DNA of 64,000 bases from Octopus vulgaris (lineage: Eukaryota), in contig OX597828.1 of assembly GCA_951406725.2 (NCBI GenBank), positions 31,372,001-31,436,000 on the forward strand, in the 5' to 3' direction. Position numbers and translations under genes: made by a program. The stretch's first letter is position 1; each line of letters starts with the position of its first letter. Shown piece by piece: positions 27,401-41,523 of the stretch. The notes beneath the pieces are model-generated. The model ran no database searches and was not told the DNA's origin. It saw only the letters and a list, made by a program, of their open reading frames with translations.

Positions 27401-28574
27401 TTCTTGTCAGATATTTACTGCAACTGGCAACAGAATGACTGAATTCCCAAATCTGCGAGCCTAGGAGCAGTGCTACTGCTGCGAAAGGATCCAAACAAGG
27501 GGGAAGTATTAAATAATACTATGACTATCAATATGCTTAATGATGACATGAAAATGTTGGTCAAAGTGTTAGCGAAGAGGTTGGCGCTAGGGGTCTAGAA
27601 ACTGGTTGGAGATGCACAAACATGCACCATCCCAAACAGGCCCCTCCACGTCAACCTCCACCTCATGCGCTACATAGTGCATAGGGTAGTTAAAAAACGT
27701 TGCATGCTTGGTCCTCTGATTCATTTAGATCAGTCAAAAATCTTTGATAGTGTTGACCATCAATATCTGGCGGCTGTTATCACGGCGGCCGTTTGGGGTC
27801 CGTTTTTTCGCGGTTGGAATATTGCCATGGAAAGTGACACTTGCTCAGGAGTCTGGGTGAATTTTCAACTATCGCACCCATTAAACATCGTGCGTTCGGT
27901 CCGTCAAGGGTGCCCACACTCGTCTCTTCTGTATGCTCTGATCCCCGAGCCATTACTTCGGAAACTGGAGTCGTTGAGAGGCATTCCACGTGCACTAGGA
28001 TGTGGGAGAGTTCTGTCGGCCCGAGATGTGCGCAGAGCGACGAGACCGTTCTGCTCGCAGTCATCCAGATATGCCCGAGCATATCTAATATATTGGTTTA
28101 TGTCGTACACCCGCATTTACGAGTAGGACGTATCCGCTTGTTGGCTGATTCGATTATGAAGATTGCGCAGCCGCCTTCCTTTGGCCGGCAAGGGAAGGCA
28201 ATTTTCATTTGTTTCGTGGCTGTAGGGAAAGAGTATATGTGGTGGTCCAGAATGAAAAGGTGCAGGACAAATACATTTTTCACATACTATCTGAAGAAGG
28301 AAGTGAGGGTTGAGACAGAAGTGCTGACTTTCAGCAATTTTGTTAAAAGGTGGGTGGATGTGGAGAAGATGGTCCGAGTCAACCATCTGTGAGTAACGCA
28401 TTTGAATTTCCAAGGCTGAGTGAGAGGGAAAGATGGGGAGAGGGCTGTTGCCCTAGTGGTCGTGGCGCTTGTGGATTTTTCGTGAGGTCTCTTTTAGGCA
28501 TTTTCTTTGTTATATCTTTCATTGTTATTGACTTTTTACACGACACTTTATGTAACTCCACTTTGTCCTTCAGG
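24436..28574 (+). mobile_element. Tx1/L1-clade LINE, decayed, with internal deletion
   Basis: ORF1-like 24803-25537 with a degenerate zinc knuckle (VTVEGR..RRYQCGQNNHLKAFCP). APE motifs from ~26055 (LKIGCINIRGL, GDFNAILD, WTWAN..GTSRTYLDRIF). RT motifs (TINMLNDDMKMLVKVLAKRL, LDQSKIFDSVDHQYL, SVRQGCPHSSLLYAL.PEPLL). Both ends abut ATT repeats. Confidence 0.9.
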
Positions 28575-28677
28575 ATTATTATTATTTTTATTATCATTAT
28601 TATTATTTTTGTTGTTGTTGTTGCTGTTGTTACTGTTGTTGTTGTAGTTGTTGTTGTGGTTGTTGTTTTTATTATTA

Positions 28678-28712
<35 letters not shown>

Positions 28713-28720
28713 GTGACAAT

Positions 28721-29065
28721 AAGAAGCTTAACTACGGAAGCCGTGATTCATGCTGAGTGTTCTTCTAACATAAACATTGCAGGCATTATAATGACATCCT
28801 ACTGCTTTTTTACGTTGCTAGTGCTGACCTCTATATATATTTGATACAATCATCCACATGCTAAAATGTCTATCAGACGTAAAAATCTATTTTTTTTTAA
28901 TATTGATTCACGGTATCTAGGATCCCAAATCCTAATGAGTCTATCTTTAAAGAATATGGTGTCATTTGGCTGTATTCAAGATGCTATATCTACCAGATTA
29001 AGAGAACAAACGTAGACTATTTCAAATTACCACAGCAACAGCAACAACAAAACTCTACTCCTACC
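28721..29065 (+). repeat. ~350-bp direct repeat, copy 2
   Basis: See 23742-24100. Confidence 0.95.
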
Positions 29066-30944
29066 TTTACTACAACAACTACTGCTGCTACTACTACTAC
29101 TATTACCAGAGAACTTTCACAAACTTACAGACTATTTCAAATTAGCTTTCTCAATGTGAACATCTTGAGCAAGAGTCATTTACCGTGGTACTGGGTTCAG
29201 CATTACTTTTACATGCAGTTTGCTACTTTGTTTATGTGCCACAATTTGCATCCTTGTATTTCCAGGGTAATCTTAGGCATTCGGCTAACTGAAAAATATA
29301 AGTAGCAAATTCAAAATTGTGTGGCAAAATAATCCCGGAACTTCTACATAACATTAGTAAATAGTATAACCTGAAAATGTCCGATGTATTTTCACTGACT
29401 CAAAGAACCTCACATATTTATCATTATACATTTTTTAAGCCATCCGTTTGTAAAATGGTTCACGAGTATTTAGAATGGCAAAATGTTTTTATAACGCGTC
29501 CAAACCACTATGGAAATTCTCTCAATTGCTTATTTTCAGGAATTTCGCTTCTAAATGATTGACTCCATACCTTACAACTGAAATAATGTTGAGACGTCTG
29601 TTAGGACCGGAGATATGTAAAGAGAGAAATGACACCATTTAAAGGAAATAACATCCAGCCGAAAGTGTCACCCTCATTAAGAAAGCATTTTGGTTGCTAA
29701 ATATTTTCTTCAGAAACGAACAAAAATTCCAGTGACACTGGTGTAATAATACAAATTTAACTGCTAAAACGTCCCAACTAAAATTATGTAAACATTATTG
29801 ACTGAATAAAGTCACAATTTTCTATAACTCACTTATTTGTGGCTTTATTTACGAGACTGTGTTAATGGTGTGATTATAATGTAACTTTAATTTAATTTTC
29901 AATGTGTATCATTAGAAAAAATAAACGACATTATTTCCAATATAACTAATATTTTTTAAATGCTATATATTGGTCACTAAATTTACCGATTCCATGAACA
30001 ATTTCCAACAATGTTACAATTTTGTGTATAATCAGAAAAAATAATTCTAACGTGTTCATTCAAAAGTCTAAGTTTCTCCCCTAATATGTGCATATCACTG
30101 ATCGAAAACAGCCATTTATATTCCATGAAATCACATCCATTAGCAGATGCTAAAGTAATTCCTTGCCTTGGTTGTTTGTCATCAGCATAAATGTCGAGAT
30201 CGTCTAACGATTATAAAACATTTTTGCTGTTATTTTGTTGCAGAGTTCAATCAATGGACAGCGACTAGGCTACGGAACTATATTTGCCAGGTTTATTGGA
30301 TTTGACCGACCAAAGATAATATTTTAAACTGCTAATTACTATAGCGATCAATAGTTGGTGAGAAGCTAATTCTGATAACAAATGAGAAACAGCAATCGGT
30401 TTATGAGTCACAGGACAGATATTGTATTTATTTTAGTCGTCCTGAGCGAAATTTAAATATTTACTCTGGAAAAGGTTAGGTACATATACAATTTAAATAC
30501 ACCTATCATTAAAACATGACACCCAAAATCCTTAAATAAAATATTAAAAATTATTACAAGCAAAATTGATTCCTTCATGAAAGATATCTGATACTTTCGT
30601 CTGAGCGAAAATATATATCGAAACAAATATGCAAATGTGGATCGAGACAAAGATTAAATACGTGCAATATTTTATAAACAGCATACACATGCATATATGA
30701 ATATTGACATACATATCAATTCATATCTGTGTGTATGTGCATATATATAAATATATATATATGTTCGTACGTGTGCCTACATATATATATATACACACGT
30801 ATATGTATATGTATATATATATATTTGAATGTATATATGTATATATAAATAAATATACGTATATGTGTGTATATATATTTATATATATATACTTATACAT
30901 ATATATGTGTTATGTATGCATGTATCTATCTATATATCTATCTA

Positions 30945-31008
<64 letters not shown>

Positions 31009-31555
31009 TGTAAAGAGGGACTAAAAATTCCATTGATATATTAATAAAGCACTCAGTTATAAACGAATCTTTTTAACTATGTTCAACAATTTGATAATAA
31101 CAATAAATGGAAGTAGAGTGTAGGCTGTAACTAATCTTGTAACTAATCTTGGATCGCGTTGAAAGCGTTGGATAACATGTATTTTCGGAATTTCACCAAT
31201 ATATTCTATATCTAAATATGTTAAAAAAATACAAACATTTGTCGGCTCTGTAAGGGCAGTTTTACATTTAATGATGTGATTTTCGTAAGGTGATTTCAAT
31301 TACTAAAGGCAAGTTCACTGCAAGTATCGTAGAAGTTGTAAAATTGCCCATATGTGCACAGTGCCTCCCTATAGCGGATTACCAGACGCGTTTCTTTGTC
31401 TTTAGCGCTATTGAATAAGACGTTTTGAAGAGAGGTAACTCTGTCAGATTTAAAAGCTGTAGCTTTAAATAAAACGCAAGACATGACATTGGCCCTCATC
31501 GATCCATGAGACCACGAGGTCGAAAAACCTCCTGCTAAATATGCACATATATATA

Positions 31556-31591
<36 letters not shown>

Positions 31592-31931
31592 TGTATGTAT
31601 GTATGTATGTGTGTATGTATGTATGTATGCATATATATATATATATTTATATGTGTGTGTGTCTGTCTGTGTGTATCTTGGGATAAACAGCGATAAAGAT
31701 TTTGGGCTCAACCGTGTTAATTTCGCTGAAATGCTAAGATGCTTTCGTAAGACCGAGATTAATATCAACAGTAATGTGAGAGTTTCTCATTCTGTCTTTA
31801 AGTTTCCTTTACGCAGAAAAGTATGCATATTGGATGCTTGGAAGGAATCAGGGCAGCATACCCTTGCAGGTACAGCATACAAGAGTGGTTTGTTTCTTCT
31901 TAATTACATGATTCCGGGTTCAGTGCTACTA

Positions 31932-31971
<40 letters not shown>

Positions 31972-32141
31972 GTATAATTGTATATATTGTATAATTATAA
32001 CAATAAGGGTTATTTGCAACACTTTGCTTAACCCTATACCGAAAATGTTAGAATATGTGGTCCTTTTTCATACCGAAACACTACTAGGGGAAATTTGTTG
32101 ATTTTATTCAATTAATTATATTTCACCCTATATCCATAATG

Positions 32142-32260
<119 letters not shown>

Positions 32261-32999
32261 ATAGTATATATTGACCAGAGGAGAAGGAAGGAGTGAGTGG
32301 ATTGAGAAAGTTAAACAGAGAGTGAATACTGTTTTCTGGTACTTCCTGTGGTGGGCGTGGATAACTGCAGACTTCTAGTTTACGTATAACGAAGAATGTA
32401 TTGGAACATATCCTAAATGTTACACAAGGCAAGCTGTTACGAAATGGAGAATATCTGTCACCTTTACGTACAAGACAGTAAAACCTTTCAATTAAGAATG
32501 ATACTCTCTAAGCAGATGTTGTTGCTATGTGCATAAACATAAATCGTCTTTCTACGATGGCATTTCTTTAGTAATACTTTGATTTATAAAATTTATAGAA
32601 AATTATTAAAAGGTTCCAACATATTAAACAAAAAGAACACATCGTACACATGTCTTCTGAATATATTCCCCTGCATATTTCAACGAGATGTTCTATTGTA
32701 ACTTTAAATAACTCATAAAAGGATACATGCCTACTAACACCATACACATAGATACATTAGGACAAGCTTATTTGATTTTGCTATTCTTCTAATTCTTTAA
32801 TCTATTTCAGATTAAATTCGCCTATCTATATTATTGCATATGCATATGTAACCGAATATATTAACACGAAATTTTTGTGCTAGAGAATACATGACACATA
32901 GGTAGATATCCTCCTACAGATGCACATACACAAACACACAAACACTCACACACACACATATATATATATACACATATAAAAGAGGGGCTTTACAGTTAC

Positions 33000-34135
33000 C
33001 ACTGGTGTTAATAGTAGAAATGTATTACCTAAGAAGGGTAAGAAGGGTAATGATGCTGAGAGAATCGAAGGACAAAGAAAACAGGCGTAATTCACCAGTT
33101 GTAAAAATAGCCAGAAATTGAAAAGCTGAAGCAGAGACTGACTACATCGTGTCTTCAGTTGCATATTGAGATGTGGTGGGTGCAGCGCAAATTCACCGAA
33201 AGTAACTTGGATTTGACGCAGATCGGTTCAGACCAATTGTAAGCATGATGCAGAGCGTGTTTACATCATGCATTATTAGCAACAGCATCAAAGCAACGGA
33301 AACATAGAGGAGAAATCATCATTTGATCCAAGCGCTGAACAAAGAAAGATGTCGATGTGGGAAGGAGAAAAATATATTTGAATAAGACATAAAAGTGGAC
33401 TACATCACGGCTAAGTTTTCGGTTTCGTTTATCCTACGATGTCTTGCCATTGGCTATAAATCTATTAAGATGGAACATCTTAGAAAATGATATATGCGGA
33501 TGCGGAAAAGTCGGAAAACGGAAGCAAATTCTATCCAAATGTTCAGTGGCATTGAATAGATATACACGGAGACACAATCTGGTCCTTAACGTTATCTTCA
33601 ATGCTATAAAGAACCAAATTTCTCTCATTAACCATGGCAAAAACAATTGGAAGAACCAACCAGAGATTTCATTACCTTCGTCTGCTCAGGACAGAATATC
33701 CGTTTTAAGAAATGTAAACATCCTGTGAACGACGAAAAGTGGAACGGCTCCTGGGAAGTGGCTGCAGATTTACAAGGATGCCGAGGATTTTTTCTTGCCC
33801 TAGTTATGAAGAAACTAGATATATGGTGTGAAGAAAGTGGTAAATCTAGTTGAGTTAACAGTTCCTCAGGAAGATAACATGGACGCCGCTCCGGCTCGAA
33901 AGATTAACCGTTATGTAAACCTCCTCCAGGAATGTGAAGTCGCAGGCTGGAAAGCGGAGCATTTTCCAATCGAATTCGAACGTAGAGGATTCGTTGGACA
34001 CAGTGTGAGGCGACTGTAATTATGTTTAGCAAATACCACCAACTGTGATATCTAAAACAAAAGTGGAAAAGTAAGCCACGGGATTTGGTTAAACACAGTC
34101 GATAAGCTATAGCTAGAAGTATAGTGAGCTATATC
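33000..34135 (+). mobile_element. Hero-clade (restriction-like endonuclease) non-LTR retrotransposon 3' part, decayed
   Basis: MLRESKD..R..SPVV..A, DVVGAAQ, NLLRWN...CGCG...ILSKCSVALNRYTRRHNLVL, WEVAADL, LVELTVPQEDN...RK..RY..L..ECE.AGW.A.HFPIE..RRGFVG. Confidence 0.85.
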
Positions 34136-34869
34136 TGATAAACAATTATTCTAGCAAGCGGGGCTTCATTTCAGTGGTGGTGATAGGGGGAGAGCATGCG
34201 CAATGATGACGTTGACAGTTCGTCCCCGAAACGGCTTACATTTTCTTCTGAACACCCCATACACTTGTTTTTTTCTGCTTTGCGAATCTTTCGACCGGTA
34301 TCACTTGCATGTGTAAGAAGTTGTTTCCAAAACACAAGCACACAAACACTCATACACAAAACACTCACAAAACAAACACACACACACACACACACATACA
34401 TCTATATATGCATGTGTAGGTGGAAATGCAATTATTTATGCATTCTCTAGCATTCGGATTTTGTTTATTGATATTCGGTTAATATAGAGTAAATATACAG
34501 TTGCATTTGCAACGATATGGATATGCGAATTTAATCTAAAATGGAATGGCACCTTGTAAGAATAATGTGTCATTAATTGAGGGATAAAATATATATTGTA
34601 GGCGATCTTTTCACATTCAGATACAGGAAAAACTATAAAATACATGGCAAATTAATATATCCAAAAATATTAGGAAGGCAAGAATGTAATTTTGGTTTTT
34701 AATGTGAAATAAAAGATATTTTCTTTCATAAATAGAGAGAATTTTAATCAATTATACCCTGAACCGCAAAAGAAACGCAATTTTACTAAATGTCATTTTA
34801 ATATGGTAATATCTGAAAATTTATTTTGGGGACGTAAGTGTAACTATTCCAAGACATGCTGGTTTATGG

Positions 34870-35750
34870 CTGGTACAAAAATTCCAGGTAACATTTCACC
34901 CATTCCTGAGACGGGACGTCAAAAGGCAGCTGCGTTGAATGCTGTGGGTGGCAGTCACAGACAATAGTCAGGAAAACCGAAATGCACGTGCATCTCGTGG
35001 AGGTTATAGATATAAAAATCAACCGCATTCCTGGCATTCGTAATTTGGATGCATCAGGTATGACTTGACTGTCAGCAGCGCAGAGAGAGCAAGCTATCGA
35101 CCAAATGCCAGCAGGGCAGCGTGCCCTGGTTGTTGAGAAAGCTTACGATATCCATATCAGCACCATCTATCGCCCGCAACAGCGATACACACCAATAGCA
35201 CTGCAGAGCGTGACCGCCGAGGCGTCCCCGGTAGACCACGCCCAGACAGGACCGTTTCGTCCACCTGCAACACCTCCGTGATCGCTTCGTATCAGCCGGC
35301 GTGATTACTCGAGAGACCTTTCGTACTGGACAATGACGCATCAGCGACGACACGGTACGAGGTTGACTGGCTGCCAACAACATCCGTTACGCACATCCTG
35401 CTTGAAGGCCTATCCTCACCGCACGCACTGTAAGGCACAATTACATTGCGGTACACAGCACCGACATTCTTGGCACCAATAATGGAGGTCGATAGCCTTC
35501 TCTGACGAGAGCCGGTACTGCGTTTCCACCTCGGATGGCAGAGTAAAGGCGTAGTGTAAGAGGATTGAACTCTACAGAGACGCATGTGTTGTGGGGAGAT
35601 GCGTGGGGCTGGGTAGAGCATCATGGTTTTGGGTGCTATAGGCCTGAATCAGAGAATTGGTGCCCCATGTGTTCTAAAATATTGGTGTAGGCAGAGTAAA
35701 TGGCATCACAGCGAGGCATTCCATTGACCAGATCCTCACATCGTAATTGG
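34870..35750 (+). mobile_element. Tc1-family transposase pseudogene fragment
   Basis: From ATG 35060: M.*LSAAQREQAI..M.AG...V...Y..HISTIYR (HTH), then QDRF, FSDE, DGRV.. and SIMVLGAI-like motifs with frameshifts. Confidence 0.8.
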
Positions 35751-35829
35751 AATTATGTACAAAAGTCAGGAAAGTGAATAGTGTATGAGTCATGATATAC
35801 ATGTGTGCATGGGTTCGGAGGTGGAGATA

Positions 35830-36135
35830 TCAGCTGTAGTGTCTCAACCATTAGATGGATTCAGACGAAACTTTAAGGGATGTTTGACTTCACCACTGGC
35901 CAAACCGATTGGATTTCGAAATCAATCTGATACCACACAATGATTCTGGATAATTTTTCCTGCTTTTTTAAATTTAATTTTCGAGAGCAATTGGGTTTAT
36001 TTTTAGTAGTCTTGTTTGTGAGAGAGTCGAGTTTATATCAGATATTCTCATTTTAAAAAACCATCTCTGGCTGATTATTGAGAGGACATTGATGTCGCCT
36101 TGGTGGAGGTTTGCAGTCTCTGAGTGATATTGTTA
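35830..36135 (+). mobile_element. Helentron-associated non-autonomous element (HINE-like), 3' part
   Basis: Ends gccttggtggaggtttgcagtctctgagtg, resembling the cttggcggagg.tg..ctct.tgagtgc end I recall for HINE-like elements; body contains gatggatt...gaaacttt. Confidence 0.45.
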
Positions 36136-36161
36136 CTCTTTTTAAGGTGGGAAGCCAACAA

Positions 36162-36240
<79 letters not shown>

Positions 36241-36346
36241 CTGTAAATGCACACATGAATGTATAGATACCAAACATTGCACTCATTTACCAGACAAGTA
36301 CATAAACACAGAGGCATACATGCACACATACACGCACATATGTGTT

Positions 36347-36384
<38 letters not shown>

Positions 36385-36995
36385 TATAGATATATGCATG
36401 TATCGAAACAATGTACCGAAAAACTGCACATGCGTTAATATCTATCAGGAATAGAAGTTTTATGGACAAGTATTAGGAAACAGACATCGCATCTCACCAT
36501 ATTGTAGATTCATATGCATATCCACTGTTATTTGTCTGCTAAACAATGTAAATCAATATCAAATAATAATCTCACAAAGGCAGTAATTAGTACGCTCTGT
36601 GCCTCTATTTTTTTTTCTTTCATTATCAGCGATCGATATTACTTTTTTGCAGGAATCAATCGATTTTATCTAAGGAGATTTACAAATGAAAAAGTAAGAT
36701 GACATATATGTATATATATTGAGGTATACATGCACACACGCACACGCCACGCGCTCATGCACACAGATAAGAAGACCAATATTTATATATATATGGATAT
36801 ATCATCAACAATGTATCACCCGTCTGTCCAGTCGTCTTGAGTTCTCTTCACTTCATTATTGTAATACATGTATTCATATTTAAGCTTTTATTTCAAGTCC
36901 ATTTGTTTCTATCGTCGGTTCAAAAACGTATTCCAAGGATTATAAATATTTTTTTATGTCTTATATAATGTAATATAATATAATATAATATAATA

Positions 36996-37074
<79 letters not shown>

Positions 37075-37075
<1 letters not shown>

Positions 37076-37510
37076 CTAGTGTACATTTAAACACAAGAGA
37101 AAACTACGTTTAACAAGACATTTTTACACGCTAGAAGAAGCTGTCAAAACGATGAAACCCACATTTAAGGGAAGGAGGAATAAAAATCTTTTACCTTGTT
37201 ATATTTTTACGGTTATACCTAGGTTTTAGATTTTTGTTTAGCAAATAAAATAATTTGCTAGGGGAATCCTCATCAGTAACCGTACCTTAACAATTAACTG
37301 ATAACTGTCTGTCTTAACAATTAACTGATAACACCTGCCTGTCTCATCAATTATATGCTATAATTTTTCAAAATTCACCACGAAAGCGCTGTTTCAGTCG
37401 GTAACAGATAAGAAATGTCGAACCGATCTTCGTTTTAATTTTTCAAAATTCCCCGCGCAAACAGTTTCAGTCGGCAGTAAATGAGGAATGCCGAACCGAT
37501 CTTCGAAATG
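37075..37510 (-). mobile_element. Short element between (TA)n tracts carrying a hammerhead (pLTR/retrozyme-like)
   Basis: Bounded by (TA)n on both sides; internal tandem duplications (cttaacaattaactgataac x2; ttttcaaaattc...gtttcagtcgg...cgaaccgatcttcg x2). Confidence 0.65.
37209..37283 (-). ncRNA. Type I hammerhead ribozyme-like motif with extended stem II
   Basis: Minus: ACGGTTA CTGATGA GGATT cccc TAGCAAAT tatttt ATTTGCTA aacaaa AATCT AAAA CCTAGG TA TAACCGT. Perfect 7-bp stem I, canonical CUGAUGA, palindromic stem III, GUA site; CCGAAA appears decayed to CTAAAA. Confidence 0.75.
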
Positions 37511-37665
37511 ATATATATATATATATATATATATGCAGAGATAGAGAGAGAGAGAAACCTTGAGATTACGGCATTTGCAGCAGATTAAACATAAACCAAA
37601 AACTTTTTAAATTTCAATAATTCATGTTGTTGAAGCATTATAACAAATCCTTCTATATATATATG

Positions 37666-37744
<79 letters not shown>

Positions 37745-37745
37745 A

Positions 37746-37789
<44 letters not shown>

Positions 37790-37896
37790 CAGAGAGAGAG
37801 AGAGAGACCTTGAGATTACGAGGTTTGCAGCAGATTAAACATTATTCAATAACAAGTTTCCATAATTCATGTTGTTGAATCATTATGCCAAATGGT

Positions 37897-37976
<80 letters not shown>

Positions 37977-38016
37977 GTATATATATATTTATGTATGTGT
38001 GTGTGTAAGTGTATAG

Positions 38017-38061
<45 letters not shown>

Positions 38062-39009
38062 TATACATATACCTATATAGATTTACATCTACATATATAT
38101 TTTTGTATATATATATGTATGTATTATGCATGTATATAAGTATATACACACACACGCACACACACATATATATGTATATATATATATATAAAAAAATTTT
38201 ATGTATGTCTATGTTTAAATATGCATAGACTGACATGCCAAAGCATAGATAGATAGATAGATAGATAAGACTATTGAAACAGCGAGGAACAGTCCGTTTC
38301 TGTATGTGCGAAATATATGTGTAATATAGATTTTTAAGATCGTCATTAACGTTTCACGCGTTGTTGGTTAGTAGTTGATATCCAGGTGCTATTCTTAACG
38401 GAAAGGACAATTTATAAGATAAGTTAAATGGAAACCTTTTACGAAATGCGGTAACCTTTTATGAAGACAGCTCTAATGTACTACAGAGAGAAAGTGAGTT
38501 ATGTTTTCTTCATTCACAAAGACGTTAATCTTATTTCGCTTACATATTCGAAAATGATATTTGTCGAATATTATCCCAGATATTGATGCGTACCCAGCAT
38601 ATCAGATAATGTTTATGTTCTCGTAAACTTTGCTTTGGAATATGGAAATCGTTACCTGATTCTGTTTGAAGATTACAAATGTGTGTAGGAGATTGTAAAT
38701 CAGGTATCAGGTTATAATGATGCATCTTGCAGTTTTGCATGTTCTATAAACAAATAAAGACAGTGAAACTAGGAGCTATTTGATCATGTATGTTCCGCTG
38801 GTTTCTCTCCAAAGATCTCCATAATTCTTTATGTTTTCTTGAAACATGTTTTTTGTTACAAATTCGGACTAAAAATACTGCCATCATATCCGGTGTGATG
38901 ATTTTCACTGCGACCATATTAATCATGGCAACGTCACCCTCATATGGAATTGAATAGCTTATTGGCTTTATTCATTTTTAATTTACCCACGCTGATTTTA
39001 TGGGCAGGT

Positions 39010-39310
39010 TTGTGGACATCCAGATATTAAGATATTCTACTCAAGTTTGTGAGTTCGATTCCTGGCAGCGTGTGCTGTTCTTGAGCAAGGCATTTTATTT
39101 CACGTTTATTCAAGCCATTTAGCTGACAAAAATGCGTAGTACCTAGATTTTAAAACCAGGCTCTTTTCATTCTAGTTCAATCTGAATCTCCTTTAGACCT
39201 ATGCTAAGAGTAACTATCGATTACTCAGCAACTTGCATGTTGCTTTCACGTGCAGGCTGTTCCGTTGATCGGAACAAATAGAACCCTTATCGTCGTAACC
39301 GACAATGTGT
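39010..39310 (+). mobile_element. SINE with family D head and the tail shared with the 60217 copy
   Basis: gagttcgattcc...ttcttgagcaagg.attttatttcacgtt ... ggctgttccgttgatcggaacaaa.agaaccct..tcgtcgtaaccgac. Confidence 0.75.
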
Positions 39311-41051
39311 CTATGTGGGTAATTGTAATTTGCATTTCTGCACACTAAATTGCGCAGTTTTGAAGTGCTATTTCATTGAGTGATAGTGCTAATAACCGCT
39401 GCACTTCGAATCTACATCATTCCGACTTCTGCTCATTTAATTCACCGTTTTCTCCAACCCTTTCATACTTGCTTTATTCTCTATTAAGTCATTTGTGAAG
39501 TTTGGACGATTAGTTTAGATCGTGCTGAATTTACTGAAACATATATTTAGAGGGATACATTTTAACATCAAATTAGACTGAAAGGGAAAAGTAAAAATAT
39601 CGTATGTATTATTAAATCGACTCCTATTTTACAGTAATACAGAATTCAGGAATAGTTGTTGAAATTTCGTGCAACTAAATATCATTGCCAAATTCATGTT
39701 GTGTTTCTTTTGCAAACATAGTAACCGTAATTACTGCAGTGCCAAGAATATTTTAGTCTGTTATATTAGTAATTGCAGAGAAAATCTCTTTAACATGTCT
39801 GCAATAAAGTAATTTCAAATCACAATTTTACACGCAAGTTTGCATCTTAAAACCAACCTGAAAGTCGGAAACCAATAGTGTATAAGCTTGTATGCACACA
39901 CGCACAAACATAGCTCTGCAATTATGTACACCCATGTATGTGTACTCGCACACACACATAATCGTAGGCACATAACTGTTTGTAATTAACGAAAAATGGC
40001 TCAAATAATTTCCTTTCAATTTTCTTATTGGCATATTATCAATCCTATTACATTTCTAGATTTGAAATAGTAGCATCTACCGAAAATACCATTTACCATA
40101 TGAGATCATCTCATAGTTAATTAGTAAGAATTAAAACATGTTACATGCAATTTTGGCGATTAATTAATACTTTAATGAGGGGCTATATTCATACGTTCCC
40201 ATTAGTCTTGTGTTTAATTAGCATTTTCCCTCATATTTACGGTATAAATATATTATAAATAATCTTAATTCCTATATTACGTTCTTTACGCAAAAAAGTA
40301 AAACAAATTAAAAGTAGTCCCAGTAGAAGTGCTGTGGTATTTCAACAGAAATTAATACTACAATTTCTTAACTTCTCATTTTAGCAACATCTCTAAAAAG
40401 AACAAGGCAGAGATAGAAAAGAGGACATTCAGAGGAGTTGAATCAACATGGGAGGCAAAGAATATGAAGGGGGAGGGGTCAGAAGAGACGAAAGGAAGTA
40501 AAGAAAAAACGGTACGGTATCCCAGGCAAGGTTTCGATTTTCCATTGTAGCAATCTTTAGTTACTCTCTTATTTTCTCATTCAGTGTCCATGTTGGGTTG
40601 TATGTACGTGATATGGGCGTACATCGTTCGAAGGGCTTATGTATATTATGATTGTATTCCAGAGAGTGCTAGAATAAAGTGTATATAATTGTGTAATCAC
40701 TAACACATACGATATCGATTACGCCATTAGAATTTACATACGATTTTCAACTCAATTTAGGCATTGCACATATAGCTCCTTTTCGTATACTAGTCTAAAA
40801 TCTGTACACTTTGGTGACGTTTTTCACCCACGTCTTCAGTACCCAAAATATATCCTATGCTGTCTCATTAACAGGCATTAAACCTGAAATAATCCACCAT
40901 GGAATTCGACTAACATGTAACTGAATTCTTTTTTAAAATGATGTGTTTTGAAGTTTTGCATTCGGTAAAATTTTGTTTATTTTTAGTAGTTTTGACCGCA
41001 TTGGTCCCTCTTAGCGTGTTGGTATCTACGAATAGTAGTACCCTCAATATA

Positions 41052-41096
<45 letters not shown>

Positions 41097-41443
41097 TGTA
41101 CAATTCTTCGTATATTTCATTGACGGAGGCGAATTATTTTTATACAGAGCCAGGAACACAAGGTTTGAAGTTATCCAATTTTCACTATTTTATGTATCTT
41201 TTTTGTCTTTTCCCCGTGTGCTATATTGAATACATTATGTGGTTTTAAAGTCAGGTTTTGACTGCCATTTCAATCATTATAATATCTCATATATGCCTTT
41301 ATTTATAATTTCAATAACAATTATAAACTATACTGTTTTTTCTTCCCATGTTGCCACTTTACTTGACTGCAATTTGAATAATGATCTTATCCATATATAT
41401 ATATATTATTAATTGATTAATTTTACCCTTTATTATTATTATC

Positions 41444-41518
<75 letters not shown>

Positions 41519-41523
41519 CCTTG

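Noticed and set aside
30244-30290. Short plus-strand exon candidate (also 62114-62179)
   Set aside because: Splice-like sites bounding such short segments arise often by chance, and no recognisable protein links them.
31500-31535. CCATGA-GACC acga GGTC-GAAA hammerhead-like motif
   Set aside because: Only 4 of 7 core positions match and there is no stem I.
32262-32424. Possible solo LTR start (TGTAACA on minus)
   Set aside because: No second terminus, PBS/PPT or TSD is visible.
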